From assembly GCA_018500105.2 (NCBI GenBank), contig JAHBAL020000053.1, forward strand, positions 1 through 60,362: a stretch of DNA of 60,362 nt, in the 5' to 3' direction. A program made the translations under genes and the position numbers. Every line of letters starts with the position of its first letter. Positions within the stretch are counted from its first letter, which is position 1. Origin of the DNA: Anaerolineae bacterium (GTDB lineage: Bacteria; Chloroflexota; Anaerolineae; J036; Brachytrichaceae). Positions 36,239 to 45,787 of the stretch are shown one piece after another. A model generated the notes under the pieces. It was not told the origin of the DNA. It saw nothing but the letters and a program-made list of their open reading frames with translations, and made no database searches.

Positions 36239-37858
36239 TTAAGGCTTCACCGTGCGCGTATGAGATAGGCGGCGTTTGAGAGATTGAACGATTGTTGCTG
36301 GCAGCATTAAACTGCAAGCAATCAAAATATAAATGACAAACTCGGTTGAATAAACATAACGTTTGTCGGGCACACCTGAAATAGCGACAGCGCACAAAGT
36401 GGCGTTGCCCAGCACACATAAGACCAATAGCAACACAAAAAAGGCGTTAGCAGATTTACCGCGCGAATAAATTAGCCTTGCGAGCGCCAATATGACCGCA
36501 GCCGGCAAAATCCATGCCCAACCTGCGCGTTGAAAAATCACATCTCGCCCGCGAGCCAGTTGCCGATAAAGGTCAGCCAGCGGCGCAGCAGGGGGGGTTA
36601 CCGTTTTTTTGCCATTGACGATGTTGACAGTGTAGCCAACAGGTTGGCGCGGGCTATAGTAATCGCCCCGAGCTTGAATGCGTTGCACTTGTGGCGATGG
36701 CTCGATAAACGTTTCATAATATTGGGTGGCTGGGGCGTGCGAATAAAAATCACCCCAAATAGTTGCACCCATCCACAAGAAAAATTCACGATGCACTGCC
36801 GCGATGTATTTCACATAAATCAGCGGATTTTGCCGAATGCCGACCCAGTTGAGTTGGTTTTGTGTGCTCAGTGAATTAAGGTAGCGCTCGTTGCAATTAT
36901 CTGATGTAAAGCCTGTTTTTTGGGCAAGAAACCCAGCAGCAATTGCAATATTTTTGTCAAAGGTTTGATGAAAACGATACAAATCCCAACTTTCATAAAT
37001 AATTTTCCGATCTGCTTCACTGATGGCAACTTCTTTTGCTTTCAGCGCTTCGTTCATCTCTGGCGAAAACGAAGGGTCGGGACGCACATGCACCCATGTC
37101 CAATACGTGACCTCAAGACTTTGCAAACACGAAAACCCAACAATGCCAGTTGTAGCCCAGTTATAGCCAAACAGCAGACAAAGCGGGGTAAGCAGCGGGG
37201 CCAGCAAGGCTGACGACAAACGCCATGACCGATAGCGTAATAGCGCCCAAATCGCTGCCAGCAAAATGATGGCGATTAGAAATGCGCCATTCGGGCGAAT
37301 CGCGCAGGCCACGCCAATTAAAAATGCGCCCGCGACTGCAAACACAGGCTTGTGGTGTATAAGTGCAATATAAACGCAGGTGAGCGCCCACAACATTGCA
37401 TTGACATAGAGTCCGTCGGTGAGCAGATATAAATCCCATGCCACATGCATGGGGGCACTGCAATAGATGGCAAAGGCCAATGCAACCGGCAATACCAAAC
37501 GCGGCTGATATTTAGCAAGCAAGACGGGGATGCCCAATAATGTGACAAGAGTGATGACACATTGGGCAAAAATCACCGCCATAGGATCATGGCTAAATAG
37601 CCGCACAAACCACCAAAATAAGGGATAGCCGGGGGTGCGAAAGCTAAAGTATGGAATTTGCCCCGATTCGAGATTGGCAACTTGTTCTAAGTAAGCGGGG
37701 GTATCAGGGGCGACATAGGGCAGCGGGTAATAGATGAAAAACGGTAGGCGTGAGAGGGCGAAAACAAGGCAAACAAGCAATAGCCCAATCGTCAAGCGAG
37801 CGTTGCGCCATGTGTCGTTAAACAATAAGCCAGCAATTGTGATTCTTAAAGTAAACAC
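36239..37858 (-). CDS. Polytopic membrane protein, GT-C-like (putative polyprenyl-P-sugar-dependent glycosyltransferase or polymerase)
   Basis: At least 9 predicted TM helices, with an early loop motif YVAPDTPAYLEQ, a soluble region of about 220 aa, then two C-terminal TM helices. No family is recognisable by eye. Confidence 0.3.
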   Translation of the reverse strand: MFTLRITIAGLLFNDTWRNARLTIGLLLVCLVFALSRLPFFIYYPLPYVAPDTPAYLEQVANLESGQIPYFSFRTPGYPLFWWFVRLFSHDPMAVIFAQCVITLVTLLGIPVLLAKYQPRLVLPVALAFAIYCSAPMHVAWDLYLLTDGLYVNAMLWALTCVYIALIHHKPVFAVAGAFLIGVACAIRPNGAFLIAIILLAAIWALLRYRSWRLSSALLAPLLTPLCLLFGYNWATTGIVGFSCLQSLEVTYWTWVHVRPDPSFSPEMNEALKAKEVAISEADRKIIYESWDLYRFHQTFDKNIAIAAGFLAQKTGFTSDNCNERYLNSLSTQNQLNWVGIRQNPLIYVKYIAAVHREFFLWMGATIWGDFYSHAPATQYYETFIEPSPQVQRIQARGDYYSPRQPVGYTVNIVNGKKTVTPPAAPLADLYRQLARGRDVIFQRAGWAWILPAAVILALARLIYSRGKSANAFFVLLLVLCVLGNATLCAVAISGVPDKRYVYSTEFVIYILIACSLMLPATIVQSLKRRLSHTRTVKP

Positions 37859-37903
37859 TATTAATTACTATACTGAGCGCGGCCTCAAACTGAGGGGTTC
37901 GCT

Positions 37904-37952
37904 GATTTCACTATCCCTCCTCAAGCTATGCTTGAGGAGGGATAGTGAAATC
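37904..37952. other. Perfect 23-bp stem hairpin at the AT-rich island boundary
   Basis: GATTTCACTATCCCTCCTCAAGC-TA-TGCTTGAGGAGGGATAGTGAAATC. It lies 3' of the dehydrogenase gene on the minus strand. No T-tract follows on either strand. Confidence 0.8.
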
Positions 37953-37992
37953 GGCAATCCGTAATTTTCACCTGTGCAGAGCATAAAAAATA

Positions 37993-39363
37993 TCAACCGA
38001 CACCAATACAATAGTAATCAGCACTTAGCTTGTTTAATATAGTTTCATCAAATGCATTGCGACCGTCTATTAGTATACGCCGTCGCATCATTGTAAAAAG
38101 ATAAGATAAATCCAATGATAGATAAGTCGTATGCTTAACCATCAAAACGGCTATATCGCAACCTAATGCACAGTCATATATGTCATTATCATATGGTTTA
38201 ACGAACGGGTCATGAACAGTTATTTTAGCGCCTACACTGTTCAAAAAGTATACCAACTTTTGGCTCGGTGTATCTCGCGTATCATCACTGTCTTCTAAAT
38301 AGCTGTAACCCATGATTAACACCTTTGCATCTTGAGGTTGAAGATTATTTTGAGATAATCTTTGCAAAATAATGTTATATAAATGGTGTGGCATCGCCTC
38401 ATTAATATATCTAGCAGCCGGAATCAATGTTGGTGTAAACGAAGCTGTCTTTGTTCGTTGGACCGAATTCACTAATAACCAAGGATCTTTTGGAATACAA
38501 TGCCCGCCCACACCAGCACCCGGCAATAACATGTGCCTGCCTGGACTCTTGTTGACTAATTCTCGGACCTTCCATACATTACCGCCAGATGCTTCACAAA
38601 TTAAAGCAACCTCGTTTGCAAAAGCAATTTGTACATCACGATAAGCATTCTCGGTGGTTTTAACCAACTCGGCGGTTAGTATATCTGTGGCATCCAAGTC
38701 TGCATGAGGGATAATATAGCGATAAAAACGTGACATCGCAGCCGCAACCACAGGTGTAACACCACCACAAACACGGTCTAAATTTCTTAAGTTGTGAAGT
38801 AAACGACCAGGCATTACCCGTTCAGGACACATTCCTAACAGCAATCGCTGCATCTGAATATCCTGCAACTGGGCATCCATTGTTATAGTTTTTTTATTGG
38901 ACGATTCTTCTAATATCTCTTTCACCAAACTTAAGGTTGTTCCCGGTGCAACGGTTGATTCAACAATAACAAGAGTATCCGATTGAATCACCTCGCCCAA
39001 ACTATGCACAGCGGCACGTAACGCATGGTATTGCGGCACATGGAACTCATCTACCGGCGTTTCAACATTAATTGTGATTACATGCGCGGCTTGAAGTTCT
39101 TTGTAATCTGTGGTCGCCTGCAATTTTTGTGCAACAATGACCTCACATAGCAACGCTTGCAGACCCGGCTCATCTCCCTCGATAGGGTTAATACCAGCAT
39201 TTATTTTTGCGACCCGATCAGCTTTTATGTCTAATCCAATGACATTAAAACCTTGTCGAGCAAACTCGCAAGCAACCGGCAAACCAACATAACCCAGCCC
39301 AATAACACCAACGATGGTGTTACTCGGAGACGGGAATAAGATATGATCTAATCGTGAACTCAT
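37993..39363 (-). CDS. UDP-N-acetyl-D-hexosamine 6-dehydrogenase (WbpA/WecC-type nucleotide-sugar dehydrogenase)
   Basis: VGVIGLGYVGLPVA Rossmann motif and catalytic Cys context GVGGHCIPKDP. It is adjacent to WbpB-like and WbpE-like genes. Confidence 0.8.
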   Translation of the reverse strand: MSSRLDHILFPSPSNTIVGVIGLGYVGLPVACEFARQGFNVIGLDIKADRVAKINAGINPIEGDEPGLQALLCEVIVAQKLQATTDYKELQAAHVITINVETPVDEFHVPQYHALRAAVHSLGEVIQSDTLVIVESTVAPGTTLSLVKEILEESSNKKTITMDAQLQDIQMQRLLLGMCPERVMPGRLLHNLRNLDRVCGGVTPVVAAAMSRFYRYIIPHADLDATDILTAELVKTTENAYRDVQIAFANEVALICEASGGNVWKVRELVNKSPGRHMLLPGAGVGGHCIPKDPWLLVNSVQRTKTASFTPTLIPAARYINEAMPHHLYNIILQRLSQNNLQPQDAKVLIMGYSYLEDSDDTRDTPSQKLVYFLNSVGAKITVHDPFVKPYDNDIYDCALGCDIAVLMVKHTTYLSLDLSYLFTMMRRRILIDGRNAFDETILNKLSADYYCIGVG

Positions 39364-39368
39364 TTTAT

Positions 39369-40373
39369 TTATTTCAAAAAAACTACTTGTTGTTGACGAC
39401 CCGAATGAATAATTGCTTGTGCAATTTCGACCGATTTTAGCCCGTCCAACCCGTTCACATGAATCTTAGATTGATCTCTTTCTTGGACAGCGGTTATAAA
39501 AGATTCAAGTTCAGCGCGTAATGGCTCGCGTTTAGCAACAATATGCCGAATCATTCGCCCTTCACTAACACCACGCAATTGACGCAATGTATCCCACTCC
39601 CCTACGGTTGTTCCATTCTCATAAAAAAATAAATCTTGAGTCAAGTAATCAACATGGAACATTCCTCTTTCTCCAATTACCCTCAATTCACGAACTTTAG
39701 AGGGAGTTAGCCAGTTGACTGCCATAGTGCCAACGATATTATGATCTAAACGAAACAAAGCACTTACTAAATCTTCATGAGAACTGTGGATTTGGCGTTG
39801 TGTTTCGGCGAACACATGAGAAAATTCGGATCCGGTAACATAACGGATGACATCTATATCATGCACTGCCAAATCAATGATCACGCCAACATCTCTGACC
39901 CGTGATGGAAATGGGCTTTGCCGCCTCGTATCTATTTGAAATACACGACCAAGTTCATTGTCCATAAGACGACGTTTTAACTCGATCACTGCCGGGTTAA
40001 AACGCTCTACATGCCCAACAGCTAGAAAAACGCCTTGTGATTCACATGCCGTTATAATACTTCTCGCTTCTTCAATATTAAGTGCAATCGGTTTCTCCAC
40101 CAAAATGTGGGTTTTTCTCTTAGCAACTTCAAGTGCAACGGTAACATGATCTTCTGTTGGCACGGCAATCGTAACCGCGTCTGGTTTTACTGTATCAAGC
40201 ATTACGCTGTAATCCGAAAATGCTTCACCACCATAACGTCGCGTTGCTTTTTGCGCATTTTCAATGAACACATCAGCAATACCCACTAAATTTACATTGG
40301 GCAATTCAGAATAGATACGGGCGTGATTTTGCCCCATAACCCCTGCACCAATGACAGCTACTTTAATACTCAT
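39369..40373 (-). CDS. Gfo/Idh/MocA family oxidoreductase (WbpB-like UDP-sugar 3-dehydrogenase candidate)
   Basis: IKVAVIGAGVMGQNHARIY, EKP motif (LVEKPIAL), and a 4-bp overlap with the upstream DegT gene. Confidence 0.7.
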   Translation of the reverse strand: MSIKVAVIGAGVMGQNHARIYSELPNVNLVGIADVFIENAQKATRRYGGEAFSDYSVMLDTVKPDAVTIAVPTEDHVTVALEVAKRKTHILVEKPIALNIEEARSIITACESQGVFLAVGHVERFNPAVIELKRRLMDNELGRVFQIDTRRQSPFPSRVRDVGVIIDLAVHDIDVIRYVTGSEFSHVFAETQRQIHSSHEDLVSALFRLDHNIVGTMAVNWLTPSKVRELRVIGERGMFHVDYLTQDLFFYENGTTVGEWDTLRQLRGVSEGRMIRHIVAKREPLRAELESFITAVQERDQSKIHVNGLDGLKSVEIAQAIIHSGRQQQVVFLK

Positions 40374-41464
40374 AGTTCATTTACCGCAGATACAATTTGA
40401 TTGAGGTCTTCTTGAGATAATGCAGGATGCACTGGCAAAGAAAAAACCTCCCTAGCTAATTGCTCGGTCACAGGTAAAGTGACCCCGCCATAACCTAGAT
40501 CCAAGATATGCTGCTGCTGATGGGCGGGAACAGGATAGAAAACCCCAGTCCCAATACCACGTTCGGTTAAGTGTTTTAAGGCGACTTCTCTTGATAATCC
40601 GTTAATACACCGCACCGTATATTGATGCCAAACATGCTGAATTGGTTTACCCGTGCGAACAAGGATAATACGAGGTGTAATAACCTTTGGGTTATTTATA
40701 GTTGCGGTTAAAAATGCTGCATTTTTATTTCGCTGATCTGTAATCTCATTTAACCTAGCAATTTGCGCCAACCCAATGGCTGCATGCAAATCACTCATGC
40801 GAAAATTGAAACCAAGCATATCGTGATAATAACGACGCTCCATGCCATGTGCCCGAATGAGTCGGCAACGTCGAGCAACCTCGTCATCATTCGTCGTAAT
40901 CATCCCGCCTTCACCACTCATGATATTTTTGGTTGCGTATAGGCTAAAACAACCTGTGCCAAAACTCCCAATCGGCTTACCATCATAGGTTGCGCCAATT
41001 GCTTGACAAGCATCCTCAATGATAATCAAATTATGCTTGTGGGCGAAAGATTGAATTGAATCCATATCCACTGGATGACCATATAAATGCACCAATAGAA
41101 TAGCCTTGGTTTTCGGGGTAATTAATTCTTCTAAGTGAACGGGATCAACATTAAAGCTATCTGGGCACACATCTGCAAAAACAGGGCGTGCGCCCGTATA
41201 AATAATGCTGTTTACCGATGCCACAAATGTAAACGATGGCGTAATCACTTCATCGCCAGCACCAATATGATGTGCTAACAGCGCCACATGTAAAGCCGTG
41301 GTTCCATTTGAGGTGGCGATCGCGTGTTTGCTACTACATGTAATCGCCCATTGCTGCTCTAACTCAGCCACACGTGGCCCTTGCACCAACATGCCTGAAT
41401 CAAGCACTTGCATCACAAGGCGTTTTTCTTCTTCACCAATCAGGGGTTTTGAAATCGGGATCAT
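40370..41464 (-). CDS. DegT/DnrJ/EryC1/StrS family aminotransferase (WbpE-like)
   Basis: MIPISKPLIGEEEK, and SLYATKNIMSGEGGMITT (PLP-lysine context). Confidence 0.85.
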   Translation of the reverse strand: MIPISKPLIGEEEKRLVMQVLDSGMLVQGPRVAELEQQWAITCSSKHAIATSNGTTALHVALLAHHIGAGDEVITPSFTFVASVNSIIYTGARPVFADVCPDSFNVDPVHLEELITPKTKAILLVHLYGHPVDMDSIQSFAHKHNLIIIEDACQAIGATYDGKPIGSFGTGCFSLYATKNIMSGEGGMITTNDDEVARRCRLIRAHGMERRYYHDMLGFNFRMSDLHAAIGLAQIARLNEITDQRNKNAAFLTATINNPKVITPRIILVRTGKPIQHVWHQYTVRCINGLSREVALKHLTERGIGTGVFYPVPAHQQQHILDLGYGGVTLPVTEQLAREVFSLPVHPALSQEDLNQIVSAVNEL

Positions 41465-42498
41465 TTTGATTTATATATTTGTTGCAGCTCTAAAGCAACT
41501 TTTCGAGTATCATGATACTCCTCTACGTATTTGCGGCTTGCTTGACCAATATCGTAACGCAATTGAGGATTGGCAATTAATAAGCGAAGATTTTTTTGCA
41601 ATTCTTCAGCCGATGTAGCAACTATGGGTAAATCCGTGGGATAAAGCCCCTTAAATGCCGGTTTGATATAGCAAATCACAGGCTTGCCCATTGCCATTGC
41701 CTCAACACTGGCAACACCATAACTACCTAAAATAAATTGATCTAAATATAGGTCACAATTCTGAATTAAGGTTGTTGCTGTTTTATGTGTCACATCTGAA
41801 TTTATTTGATAATTAAACTTCAGGTCATTTTTCAATTCAAAAAGCGATTTTTCCACATATTGTGTTCCTTTTAATAAGGGACGACTTGGCATATGTGCAA
41901 TACTTGGGCAATTTTGATTTACTTGAGGAAATTGCGGGACATATTTATCTAAGTCAATTCGATGTAATACACAATTCACAGATCGAAATAGATTGGGGCG
42001 GATATGAGCAAGCATTGCTGGGTATGGAACAATTGCAATGGCTCCGGCCCGCCCAAAAATATTTTGGCGTTTGATTGAGTTTTCATCTGAGTCCCTTAAC
42101 TCGGGATGCAAACGAATAACTTCTGAATAATAAGGGTTATCTACGACTTCGATAGAAGGAAACCGAATATCTGAACCATGAAACTCGATAACTATTTTCT
42201 TCTTAAATAACTTGGCACAAAGCACATCAAGGGCAGCTGGCATTGCCCATTCGAAATGCCAGTGTATAACATCAGCCCATAAGATTGCGCGAAATATACG
42301 AATCGCCGATGGAATCGCCTTCAGATAACGGAAACTCGATTGAGAGCTATATACCGGCGGAATTGTCTCAACATTTTCGTGTGACTGAATTTTATTTTGC
42401 ACAACCATGCCACGGGCATCAATCTTAATGTGGCGTAAACCAATAATAGTCTCGCTAATTTGAGACGCAATATTGTGAGGCAACAGTAAAACACGCAT
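41461..42498 (-). CDS. GT-B fold glycosyltransferase (paralogue A)
   Basis: The C-terminal DLYLDQFILGSYGVASVEAMAMGKPVICYIKP is shared with the ORFs at 45788..47209 and 44488..45753. Confidence 0.55.
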   Translation of the reverse strand: MRVLLLPHNIASQISETIIGLRHIKIDARGMVVQNKIQSHENVETIPPVYSSQSSFRYLKAIPSAIRIFRAILWADVIHWHFEWAMPAALDVLCAKLFKKKIVIEFHGSDIRFPSIEVVDNPYYSEVIRLHPELRDSDENSIKRQNIFGRAGAIAIVPYPAMLAHIRPNLFRSVNCVLHRIDLDKYVPQFPQVNQNCPSIAHMPSRPLLKGTQYVEKSLFELKNDLKFNYQINSDVTHKTATTLIQNCDLYLDQFILGSYGVASVEAMAMGKPVICYIKPAFKGLYPTDLPIVATSAEELQKNLRLLIANPQLRYDIGQASRKYVEEYHDTRKVALELQQIYKSK

Positions 42499-42499
42499 T

Positions 42500-43150
42500 T
42501 TATGCTAAACGTTGATAGATATAAAATTCAGATGCAGCTTCTTTTGGAAAAGGGTTAGGGATGTGTTGCATTAATTGCCAATGAGGTTGATATGTGTTTA
42601 TCCATGTAGTAAATTCTCTGTGCCGCATATGCGTCCCTGATGAAATAGGATTATTATTATGATTGCTTGAATAAATAATAACATGTCGTTTAGCAGATGA
42701 GAATAAATGTTGCATATAGACATGATAGATATCATCTTCCACCAAATGAAAAATCACTTCAAGTGAAAGTGATAAATCGCAACTTAATCTATTTGATTTA
42801 TCATCGAAACAAGTGGAATGATATAAGAAGAAGCTTTTTGAAGCATCGCTATAAAATTTTTTGCGACAAAGGCCAATCGCAGTTGGGGAGACATCTAACC
42901 CGATATAACTAGGATAAGTCGCTAAAGACAATTGATTGCCATCGCCACAACCAAATTCGATCACCGATTGAATATCATTCTTTTCAACAAAAGAATTTAT
43001 TATTTGAGCTTTAAAGTCTGCAAATTTGCCATAAGACCCAGCCCCAGAGTTTTCACCGCTCTTATAACGCGACTCCCAATAATTGGATGAGTGAAATACA
43101 CGAAATTTACGGCGTAGGCTAACGATCAGTTGAGATAATGTTAAGTTCAT
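42500..43150 (-). CDS. Class I SAM-dependent methyltransferase
   Basis: Motif I VIEFGCGDGNQL and post-I IGLDVSPTAI. Confidence 0.75.
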   Translation of the reverse strand: MNLTLSQLIVSLRRKFRVFHSSNYWESRYKSGENSGAGSYGKFADFKAQIINSFVEKNDIQSVIEFGCGDGNQLSLATYPSYIGLDVSPTAIGLCRKKFYSDASKSFFLYHSTCFDDKSNRLSCDLSLSLEVIFHLVEDDIYHVYMQHLFSSAKRHVIIYSSNHNNNPISSGTHMRHREFTTWINTYQPHWQLMQHIPNPFPKEAASEFYIYQRLA

Positions 43151-43155
43151 GTTAA

Positions 43156-44487
43156 TTACACCAGCCAGTTAAAGTAGATCCCATAAATCAAAATCCCAGA
43201 AACGAGATAACATAAAGTCCCTTTCTTGAAGGGGTAAGGAATAGGATATAGTTGTTGGGCCTTTGTGAACATGTAGATAGGGGTGATAGATTGGGAGATG
43301 AGTGTGGCTAATGCTGCCCCTATTTTACCTAAGTAAGGCACTAGGATGATATTAAGAACAATATTGGCAATTGCTGCAAAAGTAATGCCTAGCCCAATTG
43401 GAACTGTTGTTTTGGCAATGGACAATCCAATGGCGGCAATATACGTGAGGCCAATAAAGATATTGCTAAAAACCAGAAATGGCACAACCGAGATCGCATC
43501 TTTGTATTCAGGCGGAGCCAATATAGACAAAATATAAGGCGCAAGCACACATAGTATCAATGCAAGGAAGGATGTAACGATGCAGTAAATGTAAAAAACT
43601 GTAGCATACAGCTTGGGAGCATCTTTCCGTTGATGAAAGGACATTGCAAAAGGCCCCCAAGCTTGCTGAAAACTACTTGTAATTAATGTAATTGATGCAG
43701 AAATCATAAAGCCAACTTGGTATAAGCCTACTTCGCTTGAGTTATCATAGAGGCGAATCACATAACGATCAGAGAGGTTGACGACCCAAAAAGCCAAAGA
43801 AGCGGGAATAAGCGGGAACCCATAAACTAACATTTCTTTTAATCGTGACCAAGAGAAATACTTAAAACTTAGCCAATCTTTCATAATTGCAATGGTTATT
43901 ACAAACATACAGAAAGATGCAATTACTTCAGCAATAAATACCCCAATAACGCCTAAACCAATATATAAAACAAAAAGCACACTCAAAGAAATCGTTAATA
44001 TATTGCTAAAAATTGCAAACAAGGTTGTGCTCCATGCACGCCTTTGAAATCTTAACCAATTGGTGATTATTTTTTGGTTGCTACTTACAAAAAGGGTCAA
44101 CCCACTTATTTGCAAACAAAGTGTGATGATAGAATCCTTTATCAAATAAGATGCAATAAAGTCAGATAAACTAATAAGCGATAGCCCTATCAATAAGGTG
44201 ATTAACCATTGGCACCATGCCCAAGAAGCTATTGTTATCTTTTGATCAGTTTTATCAGATGTAGCAAAGAACCATCTCGCAGCCGAATTATCCAGCGCCA
44301 AACCTGAAAATATATTAAGAAAAGCCATCGTCGCTAGCACAAGACTGATCCGTCCATAATCCTCTGTAGTGAAAACACGTGTATACAAAGGCAATAAAAA
44401 GAATTGAACCAAACTACTAATAACACTAGACAACCCATATACAATGGATTCGTTAATCAAATTCTTCAATTCGCGAAAAATATTCAT
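43156..44487 (-). CDS. wzx: Oligosaccharide flippase (Wzx / MOP-superfamily polysaccharide biosynthesis protein)
   Basis: 443 aa and about 12-14 TM helices. It has the typical Wzx N-terminus (...SLVQFFLLPLYTRVFTTEDYG) and an O-antigen-type context. Confidence 0.75.
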   Translation of the reverse strand: MNIFRELKNLINESIVYGLSSVISSLVQFFLLPLYTRVFTTEDYGRISLVLATMAFLNIFSGLALDNSAARWFFATSDKTDQKITIASWAWCQWLITLLIGLSLISLSDFIASYLIKDSIITLCLQISGLTLFVSSNQKIITNWLRFQRRAWSTTLFAIFSNILTISLSVLFVLYIGLGVIGVFIAEVIASFCMFVITIAIMKDWLSFKYFSWSRLKEMLVYGFPLIPASLAFWVVNLSDRYVIRLYDNSSEVGLYQVGFMISASITLITSSFQQAWGPFAMSFHQRKDAPKLYATVFYIYCIVTSFLALILCVLAPYILSILAPPEYKDAISVVPFLVFSNIFIGLTYIAAIGLSIAKTTVPIGLGITFAAIANIVLNIILVPYLGKIGAALATLISQSITPIYMFTKAQQLYPIPYPFKKGTLCYLVSGILIYGIYFNWLV

Positions 44488-45753
44488 TTATGAATTTGCA
44501 AACTCTATAAACAAGGCTTCGAGCTGAGGTTTATCTGATAGACACAATGCCTCAACCCCGTCTAACTCTATCAACGCTTTAACCATATGTTTAGCCATGT
44601 CATCTGGCATACATCCGCCATGAGCAAAAGTTAATTCTTTAGGGTCAAACAACCAATGTTGGGGATAATCTTCCTTAATAAGCTTTAATATATTGCCTGC
44701 CACTTGCTTGGGTGTCCAGCGTGTTGAAACAAACTCATAGGCTCGCTTGCCTAAGCTTAGGCGGTAAGTTGTATCAGTAATTAGTTTCTCAATAGCGTGC
44801 TCAATTTCATCTGGGTGACAGTAATGAGTGGGGGGGCGATCTTCTGGAATTACAAATCGATCCAACTCTTCTTTTGCATACCCGCCTACTATTGCAGGTT
44901 TTCCAAACCATGCGGCTTCCGTGGCAAATCCTGCCATATATGTGTCGGAATAAAGTTGATCTACTACAAAATCACAGGTGGAAATTTCTTTTATTACCTC
45001 ACTATTGGGTCGCCCTGTAATCTCTACATAATCAATATTGTAGTTTTTAAGTTTTAAATTGTTTATAGCTAAAGCAATCAAATCAGATCCTTTCACTTTA
45101 CGATTTGATGGTGAATGCAATATTTTAATAATTTTACTCGACTTAGCAATTTCAGGTTTTAATATGTTTTTGTTGAGTGCATGCGGAATTCCAATATTTA
45201 TCCATTGAACAACCGGGCGCAAATGAAAATGAGCACCTGCTAGATTGTTTATAACAAAATCAGCATACTTGTCAATATAATTAACTTGTGATTTTTGTTT
45301 TTTTGTTAAATTAAGACATTCTTGAGGGGTTAAATTATCAGATGTTAATATAGTCCCACCATCAATATAAATTGGTCGAGCATCACCGCCATGAAAGATC
45401 CAAATAATTTTTTTGTTAAAAAACTTTAAAATTGGAAGGTCATACGGAAACATTCTACAAGCATTTCCAAATATAAAAACATCGTAACGAGGAAGCGCCC
45501 AAACAAACAACAATACCGCAAATATCTTTCTCAAAAAAATATTTAAAACTGAATGAGCTTTACTTCTTACTGGCCTATGAAGAATTTTTTCAACGAATCT
45601 TACAAAAACCGGCTGATTAGATTTGTCAACTTTATATGAAAATATGTGTGGAGACAAGTTAACATAACACGTTTCAGCGCCAAGTTGGTCAAATCCCAAC
45701 TTAAGGTTACTATAATAACCTGCTATTTCTGTTAAACCAATGAAAATTTTCAT
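44488..45753 (-). CDS. GT-B fold glycosyltransferase-like protein (paralogue B)
   Basis: The C-terminal CDFVVDQLYSDTYMAGFATEAAWFGKPAIVGG aligns by eye with paralogues A and C. The N-terminal half is unrelated to known motifs. Confidence 0.45.
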   Translation of the reverse strand: MKIFIGLTEIAGYYSNLKLGFDQLGAETCYVNLSPHIFSYKVDKSNQPVFVRFVEKILHRPVRSKAHSVLNIFLRKIFAVLLFVWALPRYDVFIFGNACRMFPYDLPILKFFNKKIIWIFHGGDARPIYIDGGTILTSDNLTPQECLNLTKKQKSQVNYIDKYADFVINNLAGAHFHLRPVVQWINIGIPHALNKNILKPEIAKSSKIIKILHSPSNRKVKGSDLIALAINNLKLKNYNIDYVEITGRPNSEVIKEISTCDFVVDQLYSDTYMAGFATEAAWFGKPAIVGGYAKEELDRFVIPEDRPPTHYCHPDEIEHAIEKLITDTTYRLSLGKRAYEFVSTRWTPKQVAGNILKLIKEDYPQHWLFDPKELTFAHGGCMPDDMAKHMVKALIELDGVEALCLSDKPQLEALFIEFANS

Positions 45754-45787
45754 CGTCTAGTTGTCATATCTTAAAATGCCACCTATT

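Noticed and set aside
36239-37858. Assigning the polytopic proteins (36239-37858 and 52983-54554) as the Wzy O-antigen polymerase
   Set aside because: Wzy proteins lack reliable sequence motifs. These proteins carry large soluble domains and an early acidic loop that is more suggestive of GT-C enzymes. The evidence is insufficient either way.
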